Notes under the pieces: generated by a model
The model's database searches: none
The model's input: only the letters and a program-made list of their open reading frames with translations
Told to the model about the DNA's origin: nothing
Made by a program: the position numbers and the translations under genes
DNA from: a virus
Lineage: Duplodnaviria; Heunggongvirae; Uroviricota; Caudoviricetes
Direction: 5' to 3' (one strand)
Virus record (IMG/VR): IMGVR_UViG_2541047695_000003
Length of the DNA stretch: 34,489 bases
Shown: in pieces, positions 22,990 through 31,343 of the stretch
Layout of the letters: every line of letters starts with the position of its first letter
Numbering within the stretch: position 1 is the first letter of the stretch

Positions 22990-23642
22990 TGGCAACTATT
23001 CAGGAATCATTCAGCAAACTATGCACTAATCTGGACTTCATCGAGGTCTACAACGACCAGACAGGTCAGAACGTGTCTAGATTGACGCTACCGCAGCTTT
23101 TTTCCACTGGATCGATGTTTCACATTATCGAAGTGATTACCGCGTCAGGGGACGTTCTACGGCTTACAGATGGGTACTTCGATTTGGACTATAACGGATT
23201 TACATATCTCGCAACGGGTGATTTTCTTCAAATCTCATCAAATACCGAAGAGAAGGAGATCAACAACAACGGGATTAACGTAACCGTTTCTAACGTTCGC
23301 GAGGAATACATTACCCTGATTCGAAACAAGCAATTCGATAAATCAGATGTGAAAATCGAAATGGTGTTCCTGAACCCTAACACGGGCAAGGTTGAAACCA
23401 CTTACCCTGTTTTCCGTGGGGTAGTCGATTCCATCGGGATTAACATCGAACATGAAGATGATGAGTGTAAAAACGAATCAGAATTTCAGCTTAATAGTAT
23501 CTGGGAAGTTCTAGATAAAAACGCTCGTAGTCATGCCTCCGATGGTATCCACCGATCCTATGCCGGAAACGAGAATGATCTATTCTTCTCAAGGACCGGG
23601 CGCTGGCAATCGGAAAGCAAGTGGCATTCATCGAAGAAATAA
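22989..23642 (+). CDS. Tail tip or hub protein (gpL / DUF2163-like, tentative)
   Basis: ATG 22989 overlaps the upstream TAA (TAATG); 217 aa; synteny. Confidence 0.7.
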   Translation: MATIQESFSKLCTNLDFIEVYNDQTGQNVSRLTLPQLFSTGSMFHIIEVITASGDVLRLTDGYFDLDYNGFTYLATGDFLQISSNTEEKEINNNGINVTVSNVREEYITLIRNKQFDKSDVKIEMVFLNPNTGKVETTYPVFRGVVDSIGINIEHEDDECKNESEFQLNSIWEVLDKNARSHASDGIHRSYAGNENDLFFSRTGRWQSESKWHSSKK

Positions 23643-23688
23643 TCCCTTCTCCCTAAGCCTAGTAAATAACAGCATGGAGGTATTCAAC

Positions 23689-24108
23689 ATGCTAAAAACT
23701 AGGCTTATCACCGATTACATCAATTCTTTAATAGGTCAGGAGTTCGTTCAAGGCGAGAATGATTGCAATATAATTGCATGTAAGATCATCGATATTCTCG
23801 CTGGTACTGACCTATATAATTCTCTTTATAAAAAATATTCAACTAAAGAAGAAGGCTTGAAAATCTGCAAAGAATTAAGCGGATACACAAATATCCTTCA
23901 ACCAATTAAGAAACATTTCAAATTAGTCACTGATGATTTACAGGACGGCGACTTACTGGTCACAGCCCACAAATTAGGAAACCGCAAATATTATTCCGTA
24001 GTTCCTCATTATTCCGGTTATGGCCTCGTTGAAGAAGATGGTATCTGGATGACCATTCCTGTTTCAGACATTGACTATGAACAAGTTTATAGATTCGGGG
24101 GTGAATAA
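23689..24108 (+). CDS. Tail tip protein with NlpC/P60-like Cys motif (gpK-like, tentative)
   Basis: ATG 23689 with GGAGG SD; QGENDCNIIACKI; synteny between the L-like and J-like genes. Confidence 0.6.
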   Translation: MLKTRLITDYINSLIGQEFVQGENDCNIIACKIIDILAGTDLYNSLYKKYSTKEEGLKICKELSGYTNILQPIKKHFKLVTDDLQDGDLLVTAHKLGNRKYYSVVPHYSGYGLVEEDGIWMTIPVSDIDYEQVYRFGGE

Positions 24109-27100
24109 TGGGATTTGAAATATTAGTAGGCGCGGTGATCGCTGGTGCTTCGGCGGGGATGGCGGCAGCCGCAACATTTTCTGTTATGACCGCAGTCGCT
24201 ATCGGTATGGCTGCTGGTGCAATGACCTTGATCGCTTCCACTGTAGGCGCACCAAAAACACCGAAAGTACAAAGCCCAGATAATGCGGTGACACTAGGAA
24301 CATCAAACGATCCGAAAACAGTATTACCCGTTCTTTTTGGTACTACCCGCACGGGTGCAATCTGCGTTTACAAGGCAATTTCACAGCGTGAAAATAACAA
24401 GCTGGTACAAATTTTTGCTATTGCCGAAGGTGAGATCGATCACTTTAAAGCACTGCACATCGATAATAAAAACGTTCTCATTAGCCAGAATATGACAATT
24501 CGTGATGGCATTCTCGATAAAGGAAACATTAAAGACGAATACCGCAAAGTTTTAGAAGTCGAGTTTCGCACGGGTAAAAATCCTAACACTGCATTGGATT
24601 TAGCTAAACATCATTTGGGCGCTGATTGGGATGATCGGTATCAGGGTAACGGCATTGCGACCATGTGTATTGTTTTACGTCGTGATGACAAATCTTTGGC
24701 TGCTGGTGTTGATATTCTCCAGCCTAATAGCCAGGTAGCGGTCGATGTTATGGGCTTAAAGATTCGTAACCTTGAAACCAATGCTATTGAGGCTAGCACT
24801 AACGGCGTGGACCAGATTTTCCATTATCTGACAAATACAAAGTATGGTCTTAGTGTACCGATTGAAAATATTAACGTTGATTCATTCCTGAAAGTGCGTA
24901 AACAAGTACGCCAGATGGATTTACATTCCAACGGTGCATGTGATCCGAACGCCAGCTTTAAAGAGAACTTAACTAGCCTTATGCAGACTTTCGGCGGGGT
25001 GATGTTCGAATCCTTTGGACGTATTACGCTGAAACTGGATGCTCCTGATATTGTTAAGCATACCTTCAATGAAGACAATATCATGATGGGAAAAGTATCA
25101 CTGAAAACAGGTGGCACTAACGGTTATTTCAATACCATTAACGCGATGTATCAAGAACCATCAATCGACTATTCAGAGCAAATGCTACGTTATCCGGCTG
25201 ATGCTGAAAACGATGCTACTATTCGTCAAGATGGTCGAATTATCGCTAAAGATATTGAATATCGTTTTGTTAAGTCTAAAGCCCAGATTGATAAACTTGC
25301 GAGTGTAGAACGAAATAAATCTCGTATCACTCAGGTTATCAGCTTTATGACTACTGACGCATTCACCGCCGAAGTATGGGACGTTATCAGCGTAACCTAT
25401 GATGAATTGAAACTGAATAATTCACTTTGGCGCATTACTGCAATTGATCGTTCTATTGATTCTGGTATTGCTGGGATGATGACTATCACCGCCACAGAAT
25501 ATAATTCTCAGGTTTATACTGACCTGAACTATGCGGCAACTCCAGACAATAGACCTACTGGTTTACCGGATTCAATGACAGTACAGAAACCGACTAATTT
25601 CAGAATTAAGGCAACTGGTGAGACAATCCACGGTAAAAACGTTACTTTGACATGGGATGCACCGGAAGATTTTAACCGCTACGGTTTCCAGATTGATTAC
25701 CGTGTAAGTGGATCGCCTAACTGGATTAAGCTGGGGCAGACTTCACAGCAAATTTTCAATATCAATGCACTGGCAAAAGATCGCTCCTACGATTACCGCG
25801 TTTGTGCTTTCGGTATTATTGCTCGTTCCGAATGGGTGGAACTGGTTAACCAGAATCCTACTGTTACCTATGAATTGCCGACTCCGGTTATTCGAATCAA
25901 AAATCAGGGTAGCACGCCTGGTACTTTCGAAGGCAATGATCTGATTATCGAATGGGAAAATCAGCAACAATTAGATGTGATGATCAACGGTGAAGCTAAC
26001 AAGTTTAGTGACCTGTTTGAAGCATACATTATCAAGGTAACTAACAAGGCTGGTAAGTCTATTCAGTACCGTACCCGCGATCCTGAATCATGGACTTATA
26101 CGCTTGATATGAACCAGTTTAACGGCCTTTCCCGTGAATTGACGGTAGAAGTATCAGTCAAGGGCTATAACAACTCAGAGAGCGCCCCAGCGCGTTTAGT
26201 GGCTATCAACCCACAACATAAGCCGATGAAAGGTTTTAGTGCGCGTGGTGGCTTTAATACTGCGTTTGTTAGCTGGGCGGATGACGTAGAACATGACTAT
26301 GCAGGGTCAATCATCCAGTATGCAACCGATAATACTTTCTCCGATGCAAGGGCAGTGACTACCAATAGCGTTAGTCATACTTCCTTTGATTTGGCTGACG
26401 GTGATTATTATATCCGTGGTGCTCACTATGATATTTTCGGTATGGATGATGCTGTTTGGTCTGAACCGTATTTCATGCAAATGAAATCTACCATTAGCTG
26501 GGACGATCAGGACAAAGAAGCACTGGAAGACCTGATTGGTTTACAAGATCGCTTAGATGAAACCATCGCGGATGCTATTGCTCAAGCTGGCGCTAATGCC
26601 GATGCTAAGATTGATGCAATGCATAAACAGATTACTACCGAGACAGGGCAGACGGTCCAAGCCTCAGCCGATACTCTCAAGAGTCTGATTGCTACCAGTG
26701 AGCAAGCCAGCGCAACTAAGATTGATCAGGTTAAAGCTGAACTGAAAGGCGATATCACCAAAGAAGTTAGCGCATCCGCTACTACCCTGAAACAAGCAAT
26801 TGCTACCAGTGAGGCAGCAAGCGCAAGTAAGATTGATCAAGTTCGGGTAGAAATGGATGGCAAGATTGCTGGTGTGAATCAGGAAGCAGATGTAAAAATC
26901 GATGCTTTGAAGGGAACCATTAACAGCAAATATAATCTGGCAGTTAATGCAGATGGTCGCGTGGCTGGTATTCATATGAGCGCAACCAATGATCCGGCAG
27001 AACCGACAAGAATCATCTTTACGGCTGATAAAATCGCGGTAGCTCCACAAGACGGATCAGAAGTTTGTCCGTTTGGCATCGAAGATAACAAAGTTTATCT

Positions 27101-27854
27101 TGATAATGCGATGATTCGTAATGCTGCAATTGGCACAGCCCAGATTAGTGATGCTAGTATCACCACGGCTAAGATCGGCACAGCCCAGATTAACGGCGCT
27201 CACATCCAACACGCACAGATCGGAACAGGTCATATCATTGATGGCTCTATCGATAATGCTAAAATTGGTAACTATATCCAGTCTTATAACTGGAATGGTA
27301 ACGATGGATGGTATATCGGCAAAGATGGCACTTGTCATTTTAGACACGCTAATATTCGTGGTCATTTGGTGGCTGATTCCGGCGAAATGAACAACGTAAC
27401 GATTAATTCAAGTTGCCGCATTTTGGGTATGCTTGATGCTAATCAGGTGCGTGGTGACTTCGTGAAAGTGGTTGGTAGGAGTTTCCCGCATCGCCAACCA
27501 AACTGGCCTGATGGTGCAATCACTGTAAGGGTCGAAGATGATCATCCATTCGATCGCCAAATAGTGATTCCAGCGATTCATCATAACGGGTCTGTTCGTA
27601 GTGGCGAAAGTAGCGATCATTGGGATACTTGCCGACTAATCGTTAAGAAAAATGGTGGTGTTCTATATGATCGCACTGCAACTTCTGGCTGTATGTACAG
27701 TGGAGTTATTGACATGCCAGCCGGACACGGGGCAGTAACAATGACTTTTGAAGTTTACTGTAAGGGCGTTAACAACTATAACCCAAGTGCATATATCAGC
27801 GATCTAACGGTAATGGTAACTAAGAAAGCCGCTACTGGTATTTCTGTTTCTTAA
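24108..27854 (+). CDS. Central tail fibre / host specificity protein (lambda J-like)
   Basis: 1248 aa; hydrophobic Gly/Ala N-terminus; FN3-like middle; repeats ATSEQASATKIDQV / ATSEAASASKIDQV and xAxIGTAQI; distinct C-terminal about 150-aa domain. Confidence 0.85.
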   Translation: MGFEILVGAVIAGASAGMAAAATFSVMTAVAIGMAAGAMTLIASTVGAPKTPKVQSPDNAVTLGTSNDPKTVLPVLFGTTRTGAICVYKAISQRENNKLVQIFAIAEGEIDHFKALHIDNKNVLISQNMTIRDGILDKGNIKDEYRKVLEVEFRTGKNPNTALDLAKHHLGADWDDRYQGNGIATMCIVLRRDDKSLAAGVDILQPNSQVAVDVMGLKIRNLETNAIEASTNGVDQIFHYLTNTKYGLSVPIENINVDSFLKVRKQVRQMDLHSNGACDPNASFKENLTSLMQTFGGVMFESFGRITLKLDAPDIVKHTFNEDNIMMGKVSLKTGGTNGYFNTINAMYQEPSIDYSEQMLRYPADAENDATIRQDGRIIAKDIEYRFVKSKAQIDKLASVERNKSRITQVISFMTTDAFTAEVWDVISVTYDELKLNNSLWRITAIDRSIDSGIAGMMTITATEYNSQVYTDLNYAATPDNRPTGLPDSMTVQKPTNFRIKATGETIHGKNVTLTWDAPEDFNRYGFQIDYRVSGSPNWIKLGQTSQQIFNINALAKDRSYDYRVCAFGIIARSEWVELVNQNPTVTYELPTPVIRIKNQGSTPGTFEGNDLIIEWENQQQLDVMINGEANKFSDLFEAYIIKVTNKAGKSIQYRTRDPESWTYTLDMNQFNGLSRELTVEVSVKGYNNSESAPARLVAINPQHKPMKGFSARGGFNTAFVSWADDVEHDYAGSIIQYATDNTFSDARAVTTNSVSHTSFDLADGDYYIRGAHYDIFGMDDAVWSEPYFMQMKSTISWDDQDKEALEDLIGLQDRLDETIADAIAQAGANADAKIDAMHKQITTETGQTVQASADTLKSLIATSEQASATKIDQVKAELKGDITKEVSASATTLKQAIATSEAASASKIDQVRVEMDGKIAGVNQEADVKIDALKGTINSKYNLAVNADGRVAGIHMSATNDPAEPTRIIFTADKIAVAPQDGSEVCPFGIEDNKVYLDNAMIRNAAIGTAQISDASITTAKIGTAQINGAHIQHAQIGTGHIIDGSIDNAKIGNYIQSYNWNGNDGWYIGKDGTCHFRHANIRGHLVADSGEMNNVTINSSCRILGMLDANQVRGDFVKVVGRSFPHRQPNWPDGAITVRVEDDHPFDRQIVIPAIHHNGSVRSGESSDHWDTCRLIVKKNGGVLYDRTATSGCMYSGVIDMPAGHGAVTMTFEVYCKGVNNYNPSAYISDLTVMVTKKAATGISVS

Positions 27855-27872
27855 AATTTAATTCTAATAATT

Positions 27873-27912
27873 AATCCCGCTTAATTCTTTTGAGTTAGGC
27901 GGGATTATTTTT
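27873..27912 (+). terminator. Rho-independent terminator ending the late structural operon
   Basis: 12-bp stem AATCCCGCTTAA / TTAGGCGGGATT followed by ATTTTT. Confidence 0.8.
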
Positions 27913-27959
27913 ATCTAAATAATTCTGCCATTAAATTATATAAAAATATCGGGGGCGTA

Positions 27960-28238
27960 ATGACTGAAATTATATATGGCGGTATCGGTGTTATCGCCTT
28001 AATTTGTGGTGGGCTTTGGAGACTTCACCGAAATCAATTAGCCACAGAAAATAGATTGTCGAAATTGGAATCCAGCGACGCATTGTTAAACCAGAAGTTT
28101 GAGACGATGCAGAATAACCATACTCAGATTGCTGAACGTGTTTACCAAATGGAACAAACACTACACGGTATAGAGAAGAAAGTGGTTGCGATGGACGCCA
28201 AATTTGACCAAGTTCTCGACATACTCAAACAAAAATAA
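27960..28238 (+). CDS. N-terminal TM anchor plus coiled-coil protein (holin or i-spanin candidate)
   Basis: 92 aa; IIYGGIGVIALICGGLW then heptad-rich sequence; GGGGG SD. Confidence 0.75.
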   Translation: MTEIIYGGIGVIALICGGLWRLHRNQLATENRLSKLESSDALLNQKFETMQNNHTQIAERVYQMEQTLHGIEKKVVAMDAKFDQVLDILKQK

Positions 28239-28256
28239 TAATAAAGGGGTGAATAT

Positions 28257-28427
28257 ATGAAGAATAAACTTAAGAAATATTTTGGTTATCTCTTGATTGT
28301 CGCCCTCACTTATAACGTAGCTATTAGACCTCTGCTAACGTCCTTTGGGCTTGAACTCCCGGCTATGACCGTGGATGAACAATTGCTAAGGACACTGGCG
28401 GGGGTCTTTTCGTTATTAGGGGGCTAA
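28257..28427 (+). CDS. Small membrane protein, 56 aa (holin candidate)
   Basis: Hand-found ORF below the track cut-off: MKNKLKKYFGYLLIVALTYNVAIRPLLTSFGLELPAMTVDEQLLRTLAGVFSLLGG; AAAGGGGTGAA SD; stop 1 nt before the next ATG. Confidence 0.6.
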   Translation: MKNKLKKYFGYLLIVALTYNVAIRPLLTSFGLELPAMTVDEQLLRTLAGVFSLLGG

Positions 28428-28428
28428 C

Positions 28429-29112
28429 ATGGCAACCAGTACCAATAAACGAAACGCTCTAAGGACAAAGAAAGCGTTACGCCAATGGACTGATAAAGCA
28501 ACCGATACATTCGAAAGGGCGATAGGGGAAGGGGCGATCTTTGCTGCTCGTGCACTCCAGAAGAAGATTAACAAGAATGTTGATAGACCTACTCGATGGA
28601 CTCAGCAAGCTGTAGGTAATACCAACTACAAGAACCGATCAGGGACGAGACACCAAATCTTCATCAAGGGCGCAAGGGATAAGGACAAGAAGATCGGCAG
28701 TCAGGATGACTATCTGAAACACTATTTCGATGGTGGCAAAATCAATAAGCTAGTTCCAATCGCTAACGGCAAGGTCTTAGACGCCCACGGGAACATTAAG
28801 GCCATCAAAGGCGGTAAGATGATGCGTAACCTCGAAAACGGCAACTTCATCAAGGTAGAGAACAAGGAAGGGACTTTTATCATGAAGAAGTACAAGCCTA
28901 AGAAATCCCGAACCAAACGCGCTAGGAATGGATCGGCGGTGGCAAAACGTCGCTTAGAGAAACGCATACAGAAACAGAGCAAGCGAATTGTTGCCGTTAA
29001 ATCGGATAAAATTTCTACTCGTTATTCGACGCTAGGATCGTGGGAAAGCAACGAAGCAATGATGCTTGAAAACATCAATAAGCACATTAAATCGCGCATG
29101 AAATACGTTTAA
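28429..29112 (+). CDS. Highly basic 227-aa protein, unknown function (virion or tail-completion role is only a guess)
   Basis: Lys/Arg-rich (KKYKPKKSRTKRARNGSAVAKRRLEKRIQKQSKR); tightly coupled to the preceding gene. Confidence 0.8.
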   Translation: MATSTNKRNALRTKKALRQWTDKATDTFERAIGEGAIFAARALQKKINKNVDRPTRWTQQAVGNTNYKNRSGTRHQIFIKGARDKDKKIGSQDDYLKHYFDGGKINKLVPIANGKVLDAHGNIKAIKGGKMMRNLENGNFIKVENKEGTFIMKKYKPKKSRTKRARNGSAVAKRRLEKRIQKQSKRIVAVKSDKISTRYSTLGSWESNEAMMLENINKHIKSRMKYV

Positions 29113-29122
29113 TCCATAAATA

Positions 29123-29144
29123 CCCTCATAGAAACTTATGGGGG
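29123..29144 (+). promoter_or_regulatory. SD-sequestering hairpin upstream of 29151
   Basis: CCCTCATA / TATGGGGG stem; the GGGGG SD lies in the 3-prime arm, 6 nt before the ATG; sequence-related to the 22385-22422 hairpin. Confidence 0.45.
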
Positions 29145-29150
29145 TATAAC

Positions 29151-29498
29151 ATGGCTAAAAATATTTTCACTGAATTTCCTACTTATCCGGTCGATCAGCT
29201 TTCCGGTATTTTTATTAATGGCATTAGCCCAGAATCTATGACACATGATTTTGAGGCGAAGAGAGTTAAACATAAACAATATAAAGAATGTATCCGCGAT
29301 CATGAAAAAGGGACCGTGTTTTGTGTCGCTACATTGGCTAAACGTCCTAAGTATCGTTTTCGTGTAGGACAAGAAGTTGATGTGGTTAATCCTTATAGCT
29401 TTAACTGTCTGGGCGATGCACGCGCGGTGTGTGTAGGCACTGCTCCTTATTATATCAAGGGTATGCGCTTTATTGGTTATATCTTCGAAATGATCTAA
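29151..29498 (+). CDS. Hypothetical protein, 115 aa
   Basis: ORF with SD; no motif recognised. Confidence 0.75.
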   Translation: MAKNIFTEFPTYPVDQLSGIFINGISPESMTHDFEAKRVKHKQYKECIRDHEKGTVFCVATLAKRPKYRFRVGQEVDVVNPYSFNCLGDARAVCVGTAPYYIKGMRFIGYIFEMI

Positions 29499-29507
29499 GG
29501 GGGTAAT

Positions 29508-29861
29508 ATGTTAAGTAAGCATTTTTCTCGCAAGGAATTTAAATGTAAATGCGGAAAATGTGATTATGATACAATCGACGCTGAATTACTGGTGATTCTT
29601 GAGGATGTACGAGAGCACTTCGGTAAACCAGTGATTATTAACAGTGGCAACCGTTGCCCGACTCATAACAAGAATGTAGGCGGGGCAGCCAATAGCTATC
29701 ACGTTCGAGGCCGCGCGGCTGACATTGTTATCAAGGGTGTCTCGCCTGATATTGTTCATGCTTATCTTGATGGGAAATATCCTACTCAATACGGCTTAGG
29801 AAAATATAAAACTTTTACGCATATTGATTCCAGATCAAAAAAATCACGGTGGAATGGATAA
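29508..29861 (+). CDS. Endolysin, zinc metallopeptidase of the M15 / LAS type
   Basis: SGNRCPTHNKNVGG, SYHVRGRAAD (H-x6-D) and FTHID second His; AAGGGGGTAA SD. Confidence 0.85.
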   Translation: MLSKHFSRKEFKCKCGKCDYDTIDAELLVILEDVREHFGKPVIINSGNRCPTHNKNVGGAANSYHVRGRAADIVIKGVSPDIVHAYLDGKYPTQYGLGKYKTFTHIDSRSKKSRWNG

Positions 29862-30225
29862 AACAAAAGCGCCTCTGGTGGGCGCTTTTTTGTTAGAATA
29901 TGCTGGCGATGTTAGCTATATTTCTGACCATTTTTTCATTATAGACAAATATACCGCAGATGATAAAGTTGTATTCGACGAAGTTGATCCGTCTCTGGTT
30001 GAAGCAATGAAAGAACCTGAGATCGTCATTGAAGAAACAAAAGAAGAATCTCCAGCAGTTGAACCAGTGGTCGAAGAAGTTAAGTCAGATGTTGAAGAAG
30101 CACCGGAAGTTAAAGTGGAATCTCCGGTAGCCAACATTTTCTCTGACGAAGCAGAACATCGTTCCCCAGCACATGACACTGATTCATTTTGCGATCTTAC
30201 TGGTTTCCAAAACTACAATAATTAA
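29854..30225 (+). CDS. Acidic protein with an uncertain start
   Basis: Open frame with coding-like composition; the only ATGs (29824, 29854) lie inside the end of the endolysin gene, and the frame runs through the terminator hairpin; next ATG at 30007. Confidence 0.4.
   Translation: MDKTKAPLVGAFLLEYAGDVSYISDHFFIIDKYTADDKVVFDEVDPSLVEAMKEPEIVIEETKEESPAVEPVVEEVKSDVEEAPEVKVESPVANIFSDEAEHRSPAHDTDSFCDLTGFQNYNN
29868..29891 (+). terminator. Rho-independent terminator after the endolysin
   Basis: AGCGCC-tctggtg-GGCGCT followed by T6, A-run upstream. Confidence 0.7.
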
Positions 30226-30228
30226 TTC

Positions 30229-30268
30229 TTATAAATAGTAGTGAATATTATTTTATTGAGGATTCACT
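30229..30268 (+). promoter_or_regulatory. TTATAAATA box plus TAGTGAAT...ATTCACTA leader hairpin with the SD in the loop
   Basis: TTATAAATA 30229-30237, AGTGAA 30240-30245, TTCACT 30263-30268, ATG 30272. Confidence 0.5.
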
Positions 30269-30271
30269 ACT

Positions 30272-31270
30272 ATGAATACTACTTTAGCAAAGGATATCGA
30301 ATTTACCGCAAAAAGCAAACGTGCGACCCCTCCGGTCGAATATGAAACCAGAATCATTAAAGTTTGTCAAGTGCATGGATGGTTATACAGTGGTTTTGTG
30401 CTTCCTGTAAAGAAACCATTCCAGAACACCAAAGTTTGCATAGAAGTTAACGGAAAGGTTAAAACGCCATGTATTAGTCATGTTCTAACTGGTCAGTTTA
30501 CTGGCAAAGATAGAGTATCACCGCCTAAGAAGAAGTTTAGATTTACCGAAGAAGAACACTTAGAAAACGCTCGCAAGTTCTACAAGCCGATAGGGTGGGA
30601 TGTGTTAGGTCTGGCTGAACCTTATCAGGGTGTTGACACTAAACTAATTCTTCGTTGTAAGTGCCACGGAAAGATTCACAAGAAAGGTGATTTACACAAT
30701 AACCGCAGACAAGGCGGGTTAACATGCCCTTTGGTTAGGGGTGTACTTAAATCAATTCAGAATGGTAGAAAACAGGTTATCAGAAACAAGTTTGCACAGC
30801 GCCCTATGCACTTTTATCTAATTCGTGTTGGCGAGAAGTTTTTCAAATATGGAATTACCACTCGCAAAGATCCGATGCAACGGGTAAGAGAACACCAGAA
30901 GCACACCAGCGAGAAAATCACCTTTGAATGCTCACATTTGTTTAACATTGGATGGAAAGCTGGTGATTTAGAAATGGGGATTAAAAAGAATATTCAGGGC
31001 AAGAAAATCCCACGTAAGGTAATGAATAGCGGATTCACAGAAACGCTACCGATTAGCAAGCTGAAAGATGTTAAATCATTCATCAATGAATACATCCACA
31101 CCAACCCATCTAAGCCAATGTATTTTGATGATACCAACGCAATCAATCTGAACAACTACATTAGTGATGAAGACATAGAACGAGATTTATCGCAGTGGAT
31201 GAATGCACCGTTAGCTGATTTAACACCGGAAGACTTAGAACTCGATTTAAGCCCTTTAGAGGCTCTTTAA
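30272..31270 (+). CDS. GIY-YIG / T5orf172-like nuclease-domain protein (homing endonuclease-like or accessory nuclease)
   Basis: HFYLIRVGEKFFKYGITTRKDPMQRVREH gives GIY-x11-YIG-like spacing plus Arg; downstream GFTETLPI; Cys/His-rich N-half; acidic tail. Confidence 0.8.
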   Translation: MNTTLAKDIEFTAKSKRATPPVEYETRIIKVCQVHGWLYSGFVLPVKKPFQNTKVCIEVNGKVKTPCISHVLTGQFTGKDRVSPPKKKFRFTEEEHLENARKFYKPIGWDVLGLAEPYQGVDTKLILRCKCHGKIHKKGDLHNNRRQGGLTCPLVRGVLKSIQNGRKQVIRNKFAQRPMHFYLIRVGEKFFKYGITTRKDPMQRVREHQKHTSEKITFECSHLFNIGWKAGDLEMGIKKNIQGKKIPRKVMNSGFTETLPISKLKDVKSFINEYIHTNPSKPMYFDDTNAINLNNYISDEDIERDLSQWMNAPLADLTPEDLELDLSPLEAL

Positions 31271-31282
31271 TACAATTAAATT

Positions 31283-31310
31283 AAAAAGGGGTACAGATGT
31301 ACCCCTTAAA
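31283..31310. terminator. Bidirectional terminator between convergent genes
   Basis: AAAAA-GGGGTAC-AGAT-GTACCCC-TTAAAG; the T5 lies on the minus-strand side. Confidence 0.7.
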
Positions 31311-31343
31311 GTGTTTAGCTCGTTATACGTCGATTTAGGCCGC

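Noticed and set aside
25004-25013. GTTCGAATCC, a tRNA T-loop-like decamer
   Set aside because: It lies inside the J-like coding frame. No acceptor, D or anticodon stems can be drawn around it.
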